This document shows positions 16,673 to 27,577 of a stretch of 64,000 nt of DNA, piece by piece. The position numbers and the translations under genes were made by a program. The notes under the pieces were generated by a model. It made no database searches and was not told the origin of the DNA. It saw only the letters and a list, made by a program, of their open reading frames with translations. Within the stretch, counting starts at the first letter, position 1; the number at the start of each line of letters is the position of its first letter. The stretch is from an uncultured Gemmatimonadales bacterium (GTDB lineage: Bacteria > Gemmatimonadota > Gemmatimonadetes > Longimicrobiales > RSA9). The stretch covers positions 352,001 to 416,000 of the forward strand of contig CAWFKH010000004.1 of NCBI GenBank assembly GCA_963816355.1, in the 5' to 3' direction.

Positions 16673-18317
16673 CTACCGCTTCGCGACGCTCGGATTGCCG
16701 GCCTCGCCCAAGCGCTTGCAGGCGGCCTCGCCGTGGCAGACCACCCACAGCTTGCCGGTGCCCGGCTGGATCAGGTTCAGACCCGGCTCGAAGACGCCGA
16801 AGTCGACGACGAACATCGCGTCGTTGCGGAACTTCACGTCGATCGGCTTGTTGAAGCCGTCCGGCTCGAAGATCGTCGCGGCCGACGTGCCGGTGTTGGT
16901 GATGAAGTCCGTCACGCCGCCCGAGCGATTCACGCGCACCACCTTGAAGCCGGTGAACTCGGTGGCGCCGGTCACCGGCACGAAAGAGCCCGTCTCGGCG
17001 ACGAACGCGTCGCCGTCCGCTTTAAAGCTCGCGTCCGTCGAGAAGTCGAACTTGTTCGCCGACGTGTGGTAGCCGAGCTCCGTGAAGGCGTCCTCCACGT
17101 GCAGCGAGCTGCGGTACGTCGCGTCGAGCACAAAGTCCGGACACGTCTCGAGCTCCTCGCAGAACTCCTCGTCGTTCACCGCCAGGACCTCGCCGTCGTC
17201 CGGATCGTGGAAGAAGTCCGGGAAGCCGAAGAACTCCTCCGCTCCGCCGATGCGCAGCGTGAAGAAGTCGTCGAACTCCTCGTCGATCGGCCGCGACTCG
17301 ACGATCTGCAGCTCGTCCTCGTCCACCGGAACGCTGGTCTCACCGGTCACGCCGCGCGTGTCCGCGCCATTGTTCGTCACGAACAGCACACCCGGATCCA
17401 TCGGGTCGAGGCCGATGCCGTACGGATTGCGGAACCCCCACGCCTCCAGCCGCAGGCTCGACGTCGCGTCCGCCGCGCTCGCGTCGAACGAGTAGACCGC
17501 GCCGTTGCCGGCGACGATGCCGTCGCGCGGAACGCCCGCGATCTCCATCCCCGGCGACGCCGGCGTGCCGAACGGCAGGAACGGCCCCGTCACCTCGCTC
17601 GCCGTCTGATCGAGCGCGAACGGCACCGCCGTCGTGAAGCTCGCGCCGTTGAGCACGATGTCCTTCGCGGGGTAGTCGTGGAAGCCGGCGGTGGACTCGT
17701 TCAGCCAGCCCGTGATCAGCGCGTTGTCCGCCCCCACCACACTCGAATTCGTCGCCGTGCCCTGCGCGAAATAGCCGCGGCCGGCGTCGTCGAACACCAC
17801 CTCCTCCGTGTAGTGGTCACCCGCCGACGGCAGGTTCGTCAGCACCGTCGTGAACGTCCCCATCGGGTCGTCCGGACGGAACTTCGAGATCGCGCCCACC
17901 GGCCAGCCGTTCACCCCCGTCTGCCGGTGCGTGATCCACAACCAGCCGTCGTGGAACGTCACGTCCGTCAGCGGTCCCAGCAGCCGGCTCCCCATCGCCG
18001 AACCATCCAGAATGGTCGTCGCCGTCCCGTCTTCGTCGATGCGCTTCACCTTCGGCGGCAGCCCCGCCATCACCCCCGCTTCCGCCACCCAGATCCGGTC
18101 GCCCGACATCGCCACCGCCGTCGGGAAGTCCAGCCCGCGCGCCGCCGGCACCAGGAAGTAGCCGGGCGGCACGCTCGCGTTCGCCACCGCACCGACGCCG
18201 CTCGAGCCGGACCGATCCGCCGAAACCGGTCCGGTCGGCGTCTGCGACTGCTCGGCACACGCCGCCAGTAACGACACCGCGCCCAGGAACGTGATCAGAA
18301 TGGATGGACCTCCGCAT
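16673..18317 (-). CDS. Beta-propeller lipoprotein, glucose/sorbosone dehydrogenase-like; frameshift in the signal peptide
   Basis: GLDFPTAV, GDHYT, AWGFRNPYGI and KPIDVKF motifs. The RBS-backed ATG at 18317 is out of frame with the body by one base. Confidence 0.8.
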
Positions 18318-18393
18318 GTGAACCTCCGGGAAGGGGATACAGGGAAGAATACCTCGACATCGAGGGGACGGTGAGGCGGGCAAGGACCGTTCC

Positions 18394-18416
18394 ACTGATA
18401 CGGGGACGGTATCAGT
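18394..18416. promoter_or_regulatory. Perfect operator-like palindrome
   Basis: ACTGATAC-N7-GTATCAGT upstream of the 18317 gene; an extra TGATAC half-site lies near 18438. Confidence 0.65.
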
Positions 18417-18650
18417 TCAGGAACAGCGGGGCCGCTTGATACGCCGCGGCGGGTGGAGGGTCGGTCGGCGGCGGAGCGGGCGCGGGGGAGCGCGGCTGGC
18501 GGCGCCGCCGCCCCCCCGGCGCGTCAGCCGCGGCCGCGCATCATCCGCTTGAGCACAGGCGTGACGAGGAGGAGACAGATGCCGGACGCGGGGAGATCGA
18601 AGCGGCGCTCCCGCCCGTGCGGACTCCGCGATAAGGCGGCCGCGATAGGG

Positions 18651-19730
18651 TCAGCCGCCGAGCCAGCCGAGCGCCGCCATCGCGGCGGTGCTGTTCGGCT
18701 GCAGCTCCAGCTCCTTCCGGTAGCTCGCCGCGGCCGCTTCCGTCCGCCCCGCCGCGAGCTGCGCCTCGCCGAGGCTGTCGAACGCGTTGGCGGACTCCGG
18801 GTGCGCCGCGGTGACGAGCTTCATGACCTCGACGGCGTCGGCCGCGCGGCCGCGCTCCATCAGTCGGTAGCCGAGCAGGACGAGCTGCGTCTCGCCCATG
18901 TCGTAGTCGGCGGCATGCGCGTCGGCGATCTCGTGGTAGCGGCGCACGGCCGCGGCGACGCCGTCGCGAGCGACGACGGAGTCGAGGACGGCGCCGATCG
19001 ACGGCTTCGGCCCGCTCGAGTAGGGGAAGTTGCGGACGGAGATGCGGCGCGCGAACACGTTGAGCGTGATGTCGATGCTGTCGCCCAGGGCGACGGCGGC
19101 GAGGTTGAAGCCGGGGTTGAAGCGGTTGCCGCCGACGACGCCGAAGTCGTTGCGGTCGAGCGTAACCTGCCCGACCCACGCCATCGAGACGTTGCCGCCG
19201 GAGCCGACGGTGCGCGGCATGAGCTGCACGAACGGGATCGACACATCGCGCGTCACGCCGTGGATCGTGAGCGGCCCCTTCGCCACGAAGCCGTCGTCCT
19301 GCCGCTCCACGCTGCGGCTGCGGAAGACGATCGTCGGGTACTTGTCGACGTCGAAGAAGTCGGGCGACTTCAGGTGATGGTCGCGGGGGTCGTTGTCGGT
19401 GTCCAGGCTGGCGGTCTCGATCACCGCGGCGACCGCGGAGCGCGTGGGGTCGGCGGTGTCGTAGGCGATCGTCGCCTGCACCCGATGGAAGCGGCCCGGC
19501 ACCCGCACGACGCGCATGAAGCGGCTGGTGAACTGCACCGACGAGTGCGCCGCCTGCCACTGCAGCAGCTCGGGCGGCGCCGCGTCCGCGGGCCGCGCGG
19601 AGGCGGCTGGGGCCTGCGCCAGCGCGGGCGAGGGAGCGGCCACGACTGCCAGCGCGGGGCAAAGGCCCGCGGCGACGGCGAGGGCGGCGGCGGCGAGGAG
19701 CCGCGAGCGGACTGGTCTCCGGAAGCGCAT
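18651..19730 (-). CDS. Secreted YceI family protein with C-terminal TPR
   Basis: HSSVQF...GRF...IETASLDTDNDPRDHHLKSPDFFDVDKYPTIVF..GPLTIHGVTR; C-terminal HPESANAFDSLGEA. Confidence 0.9.
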   Translation of the reverse strand: MRFRRPVRSRLLAAAALAVAAGLCPALAVVAAPSPALAQAPAASARPADAAPPELLQWQAAHSSVQFTSRFMRVVRVPGRFHRVQATIAYDTADPTRSAVAAVIETASLDTDNDPRDHHLKSPDFFDVDKYPTIVFRSRSVERQDDGFVAKGPLTIHGVTRDVSIPFVQLMPRTVGSGGNVSMAWVGQVTLDRNDFGVVGGNRFNPGFNLAAVALGDSIDITLNVFARRISVRNFPYSSGPKPSIGAVLDSVVARDGVAAAVRRYHEIADAHAADYDMGETQLVLLGYRLMERGRAADAVEVMKLVTAAHPESANAFDSLGEAQLAAGRTEAAAASYRKELELQPNSTAAMAALGWLGG

Positions 19731-19937
19731 GCTGGCGTTGCTCTCCGTGTTCTGAGGTCGGGATTCCGGGTGCATCCATTGAACGCTTAGAGCGCTGCCG
19801 GCGTTCCGCCCGTGGTCCCGGGTAGCGCACGGTTCGTCCCGCGCCCGGCGCCACCGTCCCGAACCGACGCGTATCTTCCCGGCGCGGTGCGCCCGCCGCC
19901 ACGGCGGGCGGCCCGACTCGGAACGCACGAGGAGCGC

Positions 19938-20573
19938 ATGCAGCCACACGAGGGACGTCCGGTGCTCACGCGAGGCCCCGCGCCGGAGGCGGCGCGCGCC
20001 GCGCTGATTCTGGTCCACGGCCGCAACGCCGACCCGTCGGGGATCCTGCCGCTGGCGGACGCGTTCGGCGTCGACGGCGTCGCGTGTCTCGCGCCCGCGG
20101 CGGCGGATGGGACCTGGTACCCGTACGGCTTCATGAGCCCGACGGAGCGGAACGAGCCGGGCATCTCGTCGGGCCTCGGCGTGCTCGACGGGCTGGTCTC
20201 GGAGCTCGAATCGCGCGGCGTGCCTCCAGCACGCGTCGTGCTGCTCGGCTTCTCGCAGGGTGCGTGTCTGGTGTCGGAATACGCGGTGCGCCACGCCCGT
20301 CGCTATGGCGGCGTCGTCGCGTACAGCGGCGGCCTGATCGGGCCGCAGGGGACGGCGTGGGAGTATCCGGGCGCGTTCGACGGCACGCCGGTCTTCCTGG
20401 GATGCAGCGACGTCGATCCGCACATTCCGCGCGAGCGCGTGGCGGAGAGCGCGGCGGTCTTCGCGCGCATGGGGGCGGACGTGGCGGAGCGGATCTATCC
20501 GGGGATGGGGCACCTGGTGAACGAGGACGAGGTCGCCTGGACGCGCGAGCTGCTGCGGGGGTTGACGGCGTGA
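19938..20573 (+). CDS. Phospholipase/carboxylesterase (alpha/beta hydrolase)
   Basis: LVHGR, GFSQG nucleophile elbow, DVDPHIP, GMGH. Confidence 0.92.
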   Translation: MQPHEGRPVLTRGPAPEAARAALILVHGRNADPSGILPLADAFGVDGVACLAPAAADGTWYPYGFMSPTERNEPGISSGLGVLDGLVSELESRGVPPARVVLLGFSQGACLVSEYAVRHARRYGGVVAYSGGLIGPQGTAWEYPGAFDGTPVFLGCSDVDPHIPRERVAESAAVFARMGADVAERIYPGMGHLVNEDEVAWTRELLRGLTA

Positions 20574-20607
20574 GCGCGGGCGGCCGGGCGGGGGGAGGGG
20601 GCGGCGC

Positions 20608-21456
20608 GTGGCGGAGGTGACGTCGCTGCGCGAGGCGGTCGCCGAATGGGTCCACGACGGCGACGCCGTCGCGCTCGAGGGCTTCACGCACCTGATTCCG
20701 CACGCCGCCGGCCACGAGCTGATCCGCCAGGGCCGGCGCGACCTCACGCTGATTCGCATGACGCCGGACGTGGTCTACGACCAGCTCATCGGCGTCGGCG
20801 CGGCGCGGCGGCTCGTCTTCTCCTGGGGCGGCAATCCGGGCGTCGGCTCCCTGCACCGCTTCCGCGACGCGGTCGAGAACGCGTGGCCGGCGCCGCTCGA
20901 GCTGGTCGAGCTGAGCCACGCGATGATGGCGGCTGCGTACGTGGCCGGCGCCTCGAGTCTACCGTTCGGCACGCTGCGCGACGCGGGCGGCGAGATCCCT
21001 GCGCACACGGACGCCGTGCGGCCGATCGCGTGCCCGTTCACCGGCGAGCCGCTGCTCGCGGTGGCGGCGCACCGGCCGGACGTCGCGATCATCCACGCGC
21101 AACGCGCCGACCGCGATGGCAACGTGCAGATCTGGGGGATCGTCGGCGTGCAGAAAGAGGCGGCGCTCGCCGCGCGCCACGCGATCGCGACGGTCGAGGA
21201 AGTGGTCGAGCGCCTCGAGCGCGTGAGCGGCGACGTCGTCATCCCGCACTTCGCGTTCGCCGCCGTCTGCCCCGCGCCGGGCGGCGCGCACCCCTCCTAC
21301 GCGCAGGGCTACACGCGGCGCGACAACGCCTTCTACCGGAGGTGGGACGCGATCTCGCGCGACCGCGCGGCGTTCGAGGCGTGGATCGAGCGGCACGTGC
21401 GCGGGACGGACGACGTCGCCGCCTACCATCGCAGCCTGGCGGAAGCGGCGTCGTGA
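20608..21456 (+). CDS. CoA-transferase subunit A (3-oxoadipate/glutaconate type)
   Basis: ALEGFTHLIP.AAGHELIRQ, RMTPD, FSWGGNPGVGSLHR, HPSYAQGY..RDN. Confidence 0.93.
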   Translation: MAEVTSLREAVAEWVHDGDAVALEGFTHLIPHAAGHELIRQGRRDLTLIRMTPDVVYDQLIGVGAARRLVFSWGGNPGVGSLHRFRDAVENAWPAPLELVELSHAMMAAAYVAGASSLPFGTLRDAGGEIPAHTDAVRPIACPFTGEPLLAVAAHRPDVAIIHAQRADRDGNVQIWGIVGVQKEAALAARHAIATVEEVVERLERVSGDVVIPHFAFAAVCPAPGGAHPSYAQGYTRRDNAFYRRWDAISRDRAAFEAWIERHVRGTDDVAAYHRSLAEAAS

Positions 21457-22202
21457 CGCCGGCGACGCGCGAGGAAACGATGACGGTCGCGGCCGCGCGC
21501 GAGCTGAGCGACGGCGCGGTGTGCTTCGTCGGGATCGGCCTGCCGAGCGCCGCGGCGAACCTGGCGCGCCGACTCCACGCGCCGCGCCTCGTGCTCGTGT
21601 ACGAGTCCGGAACGATCGGCTCGAAGCCGGACGTGCTGCCGCTGTCGATCGGCGATGGCGAGCTCGCCGAGAGCGCCGACGCCGTGGTGCCGGTGCCGGA
21701 GATCTTCGCCTACTGGCTGCAGGGCGGCCGCATCGACGTCGGCTTCCTCGGCGCCGCGCAGATCGACCGCTTCGGCAACCTGAACACGACGACGATCGGG
21801 CCGTGGGCCGCGCCCCGCGTGCGGCTGCCCGGCGCCGGCGGCGCGCCCGAGATCGCGGCGTGGGCCGGCCGCGTGATCGTCGTGCTGCCGCACCGGCGCC
21901 GCGCCTTCGTCGAGCGACTCGGCTACGTCACCACCGCCGGCTTCCTCGCCGGAGGCGACGCCCGCGCGCGCGCCGGCCTGCGCGGCGCCGGCCCCACGCG
22001 CGTGATCACCGACCTCGGCGTGCTCGAGCCGGACCCGGAGAGGGGGGAGCTGGTGCTCAGCGCCGTCCACCCCGGCGTCAGCGCCGAGCAGGCCCGCGCG
22101 GAGACCGGGTGGCCGCTGCGCGTCGCATCCCCGCTCCGCACCACCCCACCGCCCACCGGCGAGGAGGTGAGGGCGCTGAGGGCGCTGAAGGGGCGGAGGT
22201 AG
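21453..22202 (+). CDS. CoA-transferase subunit B
   Basis: CFVGIGLPS, VYESG, GFLGAAQIDRFGNLNTT, RLPGAGGAPEIA; GTG overlaps the subunit A stop. Confidence 0.93.
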   Translation: MTPATREETMTVAAARELSDGAVCFVGIGLPSAAANLARRLHAPRLVLVYESGTIGSKPDVLPLSIGDGELAESADAVVPVPEIFAYWLQGGRIDVGFLGAAQIDRFGNLNTTTIGPWAAPRVRLPGAGGAPEIAAWAGRVIVVLPHRRRAFVERLGYVTTAGFLAGGDARARAGLRGAGPTRVITDLGVLEPDPERGELVLSAVHPGVSAEQARAETGWPLRVASPLRTTPPPTGEEVRALRALKGRR

Positions 22203-22346
22203 CGCGGTGCGAGGGAGGGCGCGGAGATAGCGCGGTGGGGCCGGCCGGCGAGTCGGCCGCGCCGCGCGCCATCGGAAACGCGTTCGCGCAATCGCGGCCG
22301 GAGCCGTCCCTCCGTTCCCTCCATGCCCCCCGTTCCCTCCAACCCA

Positions 22347-22862
22347 TCAGAGCGGGAGCCGGTAGGCCTTGACGTGCTCGCCGTCGCCGGGCCGGAAGTC
22401 GTGCTCGGGCGCGCGCGCGAAGCCCATCCGCTCGTACATGCCGATCGCGACGCGCATCGTCTTCGAGGTGTGGAGGCCGAGAGCGGGTGCGCCCATCGCC
22501 CGCGCGCGCGCCACGCACGCATCGACGAGCGCGCGGCCGACGCCGTGGCCGCGCGCTTCGGGCGCCACGGCGAGGAGCCGCAGCTCCGGGCACGACAGCG
22601 GCGCCGTGGCTCCGTGGTAGGCGTCGGAGGCGGTCGGGAAGATGGCGACGCTGCCCACCACCTCGCCGGCGCGCTCCGCGACGAGCCACGCGGCGTCGGC
22701 CTCGTGCTCGAGCGCCCTGTGCACCGCACCCTCCAGACCGTGCCACGCGCCGGCGGTCATCGTCGCGGCGTACTCGGCGTACGCGGCCAGCGTCACGCGG
22801 CGGATCGCATCGCGGTCGGCCGCGCCGGCCGGACGCACGACGAGCTCACCGCCGTCGCTCAC
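22347..22862 (-). CDS. GNAT family N-acetyltransferase
   Basis: LRLLAVAPEARGHGVGRALV...AIGMYERMGF. Confidence 0.92.
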   Translation of the reverse strand: MSDGGELVVRPAGAADRDAIRRVTLAAYAEYAATMTAGAWHGLEGAVHRALEHEADAAWLVAERAGEVVGSVAIFPTASDAYHGATAPLSCPELRLLAVAPEARGHGVGRALVDACVARARAMGAPALGLHTSKTMRVAIGMYERMGFARAPEHDFRPGDGEHVKAYRLPL

Positions 22863-23544
22863 CGGCCGGGCGGCTCCGGCACCGCTTCCGGCGCGCCGCG
22901 GGCTGCCATCTCGTCCGGATGCATCAGGCGGAATACGGCGGCCGCGAGCGCGCCGCCCGCGAGCGGCGCGACGAGATAGAGCAGCCACACGTGCGCGATC
23001 GAACCTGCGCCGTAGATCGCGAAGACGAACGCGGGGCCGAGGCCGACGGCGGGGTTGAAGGCGCCGCCGCTGATGTCGCCCACGGCGAACGCGCCGACCA
23101 TGACGGTGAAGCCGATGGCGAGGCCGAAGTAGCTGTTGCCCTCGGCCACTTCGGTGGTCGCGACGTTGAGCACGACGAGCGCGAGGAAGAAGGTGAAGAC
23201 GAGCTCCGCGACGAAGGCGCCGCCGGTGGAGGCGGCGGCGCCGGGCGCCGCCACGAACGGCCCGCGCAGCGACGCGGCGAGGAGCGCGGCGAGGAAGGCG
23301 CCGGCGAGCTGCGCGGCGACGTAGGGCACGAACTCCGCGGCGGGCAGCTTGCCGCGCAGCATCACGGCGAGCGAAACGGCCGGATTGAAGTGTCCGCCGG
23401 AAACCGGACCGCCCATGTAGACCGCGATCATGAGCGCGGAGCCGATGGCGAGCGGCGCGAAGGTGTGCCGGCGGTCACCGTAAGCGCGACGGTGATCACG
23501 AGGAGGAACGTGCCGACGAGCTCGGTCACGAGCTTGCGCGTCAT
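22859..23544 (-). pseudogene. Aquaporin (MIP family), frameshifted near 23461 (real lesion or sequencing error)
   Basis: The N-terminus MTRKLVTELVGTFLLV is in one frame; SGGHFNPAVS and SGGAFNPAVG are in another. Adding one base joins them. Confidence 0.85.
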
Positions 23545-23721
23545 GGCGGCCTCGGGGTCGGGGGAGGAAGGGTCCCGTTCGGCGGACAATATCGGTGTTC
23601 GCACGCGGCCGGGGAAGGCGCCGAGTCCGGCGGCCCGTGAACCCCGCACGGGGCGGTTGCAGTAGAAGGGCGGGTACGCCTACGTTTTCGCGGCCGTTCA
23701 CCTTTCCGGAGCCATCGCACC

Positions 23722-25923
23722 ATGCCCGCACCATCGTTGCGCCGCGTCGTCGCGGCCCTCTTCGGTCCCGCCCGGGGCGTGGCCGCTCGTCCCGCCCGGG
23801 GCGTGGCCGCTCGACCCGCTCGGCCCGCGAACCCCGCGAACCTCGCGAACCTCGCCACGCTCGCGAGCCTCGCCGTCGCCGCGCTCGCCGCGCCGCTCGC
23901 GCTGCCGGCGGCGGTGGCGGCGCAGGCGACGCCGGGCGGCGACGTCGCATTCCGGCCGTTGAAGGTGGTGGATCCGGCGTTCGTCGACACGACGGCGGAC
24001 GCGTGCCACGACTTCGACGCCTTCGCGAACGGCGGCTGGCTCGCGCACGACACGATTCCGCCGGCGTACTCCTCTTCCGGCGTCGGGCGCGACATGCAGG
24101 ACCGCAACGAAGCGGTGGTGCGCTCGGTGCTGGAGGAAGCGGCGCGGCGCGCGCCGACGCTTCCCGAGGGTGAGACGGAGCGTAAGCTCGGCACCTTCTA
24201 CGGCACGTGCATGGACTCGGCGGCGGTGGAGCGCGCGGGCGCCGGGCCGGTGCGGCCGCTGCTGGCGGCGATCGACTCCGTCGCCACGCGGGCCGCGCTC
24301 GTCTCGACGATCGCGGAGCTGCAGCGGCGCGGCGTGCGGGTGGGCTTCGGCTACCGCGCCGAGGCCGACGCGCACGACGCGGCGCACTACATCGCGACGA
24401 TCAACCAGGGCGGCCTGGGGCTGCCGGACCGCGACTACTACACGAAGACGGACGCGCGCTCGGACTCGCTCCGCGACGCCTACGTCGACCACGTGGCGCG
24501 CCTGCTCGCGCTCGCCGGCGAGGATGCCGCGGCGGCGCGCGCCGACGCGGGTCGCGTGCTCGCGCTGGAGACGGAGCTCGCGAAGGCGTCGCTCACGCGC
24601 GTCGCGCTGCGCGATCCGGCGGCCACGGACCACCCGATGACGCCGGAGCGGCTACGCGCGCTCGCGCCGGACGTCGACTGGAACGCCTACTTCGATGCGA
24701 TCGGCGTCAGCACGCCCGTCGCTCGCATCAACGTCGCGGAGCCAGCCTTCTTCCGCGCGCTGAACCGTCTCGTGACGACGTCGCCGCTCGCCGACTGGCG
24801 CGCCTACCTGCGCTATCACGCGCTCTCGGCCGCGGCGCCGTGGCTGAGCACCCCGTTCGTGAATGAGGACTTCGCCTTCTCGTCGCGCTTCAGCGGCGCG
24901 CGGGCGCTGCTGCCGCGCTGGAAGCGGTGCCTCTCCGTCACCGACCGGATGATGGGCGAAGCGCTGGGGGAGGCGTACGTGCAGCGGACGTTCACACCGG
25001 CGGCCCGGGCGAAGGCGAAGTCGATCATCGACGACATCCGCGCGAGCTTCGCGGAGCGGCTGCGTCGCCTGGAGTGGATGTCGGACGCGACGCGCGCGCA
25101 GGCGCTCGGCAAGCTCGCGAAGATGCACGAGAAGATCGGCTACCCGGACCGGTGGCGCGACTACGCCCGGCTGCGCGTCGAGAAGGGGCCGTTCGCGGCG
25201 AACGTGCAGCGCGCGGCCGCGTTCGAGTGGGACCGCGTCGCCGACCGCCCCGGACAGCCCGTCGACACGACCGAGTGGGGCATGACCGTGCCCACGGTGA
25301 ACGCCTACTACGATCCGTCGAAGAACGAGATGGTCTTCCCCGCCGGCGCGCTGGCGCCGCAGACGTTCGACGCGGCAGCCGACGCCGCCGCCAACTACGG
25401 CTCGCTGGGCGGGAGCTGGGCCGGCCACGAGCTGACGCACGGCTTCGACGACGAGGGCCGCCACTTCGACGCGCACGGCAACCTGCGCGACTGGTGGACG
25501 CCCCAGGACTCCGCGCACTTCTCGCGCGAGGCCGCGCTCGTCGCGCGCCAGTTCGACAGCTACGTCGGCGTCGACACCGTGCACGTGAACGGCCGGCTCA
25601 CGCTGGGAGAGAACATCGCGGACTACGGCGGCCTTCTCACCGCCTACGACGCGCTCGAGCGCGCCCTCGCGCGCGACGGGCGGCCCGGCCTCATCGACGG
25701 CTACACGCCGGAGCAGCGCTTCTTCATCGCGTACGCGCAGAGCTGGCGCAGCCACATCCGGCCGGAGTCGCTGCGCAGCCGACTCGCCGTCGATCCGCAC
25801 GCGCCGGCGCACTGGAGGGTCGACGGGCCGCTCTCCAACATGCCCGCGTTCGCGAAGGCGTTCGGCTGCGAGCCGGGCGACGCGATGGTGCGCCCGGACT
25901 CGCTCGTCGCGCACATCTGGTAA
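23722..25923 (+). CDS. M13 family (neprilysin/PepO-like) metalloendopeptidase, secreted
   Basis: CHDFDAFANGGW, VNAYY, GHELTHGFDDEG, GENIAD, DPHAP. Exact start uncertain. Confidence 0.95.
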   Translation: MPAPSLRRVVAALFGPARGVAARPARGVAARPARPANPANLANLATLASLAVAALAAPLALPAAVAAQATPGGDVAFRPLKVVDPAFVDTTADACHDFDAFANGGWLAHDTIPPAYSSSGVGRDMQDRNEAVVRSVLEEAARRAPTLPEGETERKLGTFYGTCMDSAAVERAGAGPVRPLLAAIDSVATRAALVSTIAELQRRGVRVGFGYRAEADAHDAAHYIATINQGGLGLPDRDYYTKTDARSDSLRDAYVDHVARLLALAGEDAAAARADAGRVLALETELAKASLTRVALRDPAATDHPMTPERLRALAPDVDWNAYFDAIGVSTPVARINVAEPAFFRALNRLVTTSPLADWRAYLRYHALSAAAPWLSTPFVNEDFAFSSRFSGARALLPRWKRCLSVTDRMMGEALGEAYVQRTFTPAARAKAKSIIDDIRASFAERLRRLEWMSDATRAQALGKLAKMHEKIGYPDRWRDYARLRVEKGPFAANVQRAAAFEWDRVADRPGQPVDTTEWGMTVPTVNAYYDPSKNEMVFPAGALAPQTFDAAADAAANYGSLGGSWAGHELTHGFDDEGRHFDAHGNLRDWWTPQDSAHFSREAALVARQFDSYVGVDTVHVNGRLTLGENIADYGGLLTAYDALERALARDGRPGLIDGYTPEQRFFIAYAQSWRSHIRPESLRSRLAVDPHAPAHWRVDGPLSNMPAFAKAFGCEPGDAMVRPDSLVAHIW

Positions 25924-25954
25924 GGCGAGCGCGGCGCGCGGCCACCGCGCCAGT

Positions 25955-26863
25955 TCAGCGCGAGGGCGCGCCTCCCATCTTCTCCCGCAGCGCGTGGCGG
26001 ACGAAGGCGGCCGGCGGATTGTGGGCGCCGGCGAGGTCGTACGCCTTCGCGTAGAGCGCCTGCGCCTCCTCGTTCCGGCCCATGCGGTCGTAGGTCATCG
26101 CGAGGAGCCAGTGCATGAAGGGGTCGCGGTCGTTGCCGCGCAGCGCGAGCGCCTTCGTCAGCTCCGCCTCCGCCCTGGCGACGTCTCCGGTGTAGAGCGC
26201 GACGTAGCCCACGAGGTAGGGGAAGAAGCGCTCCTGCTGCGCCGCCATGGCGGAGTCGCCGTCCAGGATGGCGCGCGCCCGTGCCACCTGCCGCTGCGCC
26301 TCGGGCGCGTCGCCGCGGCGCGCGGCGATGCGGCCGAGCGCGTGCGCGAGGCGGTAGTCCCAGAGGCTCTGCGCGTGCGTGCGCGGCTCCGGCTCCTTCA
26401 GACCCAGCTCGTGGCCCTTGCGGTACCACGCCTCGCCGGCGTCGAGGTCGCCCGCGTCGACGCACACGCGCGCGCCCTCGTCGGCCATCTCCCCCTCCTG
26501 ATAGAACGCGTTCTGCGGCTCCGCCGCCTCGCGCGTCTTCCAGTAGTCGATCACCATCTGCTCGTACTTCAACGTGCCGGCGCAGTCGCCGTCGAACGCG
26601 TACGACATCGCCATCGCGCGCCGCGCCGCCGCTTTCGCCGCCGGATCGGACGCGGAGTCGATCACCGTCCGGATCAGCGCGCGCGCGGCGGAGGTCGAGC
26701 CCTCGAGGTCGAGCCGCGCGGCGCGCCGCAGCGGGGTGTCGGCGTCGTCGCCGGGGCGCTGCGCGCGGGCGGCGGCCGGCGCGAGCGCCGTCCCGGCGAA
26801 GGCGCCCGCCAGCGCGGCGATCGTGAAGAGGCGCGTCGGATGGAGCGGAGCGGTTCTGGCCAT
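25955..26863 (-). CDS. Secreted TPR-like protein
   Basis: Signal peptide ending ARA-Q; helical repeats ([30 protein letters not shown]). Confidence 0.75.
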   Translation of the reverse strand: MARTAPLHPTRLFTIAALAGAFAGTALAPAAARAQRPGDDADTPLRRAARLDLEGSTSAARALIRTVIDSASDPAAKAAARRAMAMSYAFDGDCAGTLKYEQMVIDYWKTREAAEPQNAFYQEGEMADEGARVCVDAGDLDAGEAWYRKGHELGLKEPEPRTHAQSLWDYRLAHALGRIAARRGDAPEAQRQVARARAILDGDSAMAAQQERFFPYLVGYVALYTGDVARAEAELTKALALRGNDRDPFMHWLLAMTYDRMGRNEEAQALYAKAYDLAGAHNPPAAFVRHALREKMGGAPSR

Positions 26864-27093
26864 CGGGTCCCCCGTTTCGGATCCGCGGATGGGTGCCGGC
26901 GTCGCCGGCGGGCGGCCGACGACGTGCGCTGCGCGACGACGATGCACGATCGGTCCCCGGCTGGCCCCCGGTCAAGCCTGGAGCGCAGAGCGAAAGCATT
27001 TCACGCAGAGGGCGCCGGGGACGCAGAGGCCCGATCGGCGCGGGGAGGATCCTCCCGGTTTACGCGGGTGCGCCCCCGCGCTATCATCCGGCC

Positions 27094-27510
27094 ATGGCAA
27101 AGGTTACGAAGTCCGACGAGGAGTGGCGTCGCGAGCTGACGCCGGAGCAGTACCGTGTCCTCCGCCAGAAGGGGACGGAGGCGCCGTTCACGGGGGAATA
27201 CGACCCCGTGTTCGAGCCGGGGACGTACCGCTGCGCGGGGTGCGGCGCGGAGCTGTTCGCGTCCGACGCGAAGTACGATTCCGGCTGCGGCTGGCCGGCC
27301 TTCTCCGAGCCCGCATCCGGCGAAGCGATCGACGAGCGGAAGGACCTCGGCCACGGAATGGTGCGCACGGAGGTCCTCTGCTCGCGCTGCGGCGGCCATC
27401 TCGGCCACGTCTTCCCCGACGGCCCGCGCCCGGCAGGGCTGCGCTACTGCATCAACTCCGCCGCGCTGCGGCTGGAGCGGCAGGCGGACGGATCGTCGCC
27501 GGACGAATAG
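27094..27510 (+). CDS. msrB: Peptide-methionine (R)-S-oxide reductase
   Basis: [38 protein letters not shown]. Confidence 0.97.
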   Translation: MAKVTKSDEEWRRELTPEQYRVLRQKGTEAPFTGEYDPVFEPGTYRCAGCGAELFASDAKYDSGCGWPAFSEPASGEAIDERKDLGHGMVRTEVLCSRCGGHLGHVFPDGPRPAGLRYCINSAALRLERQADGSSPDE

Positions 27511-27577
27511 GGCTCAGGGCCCGCCGAGGCGAGCGGCTGACGCGGACGCGACGCGGCTGACGCGGACGCGACGCGGC

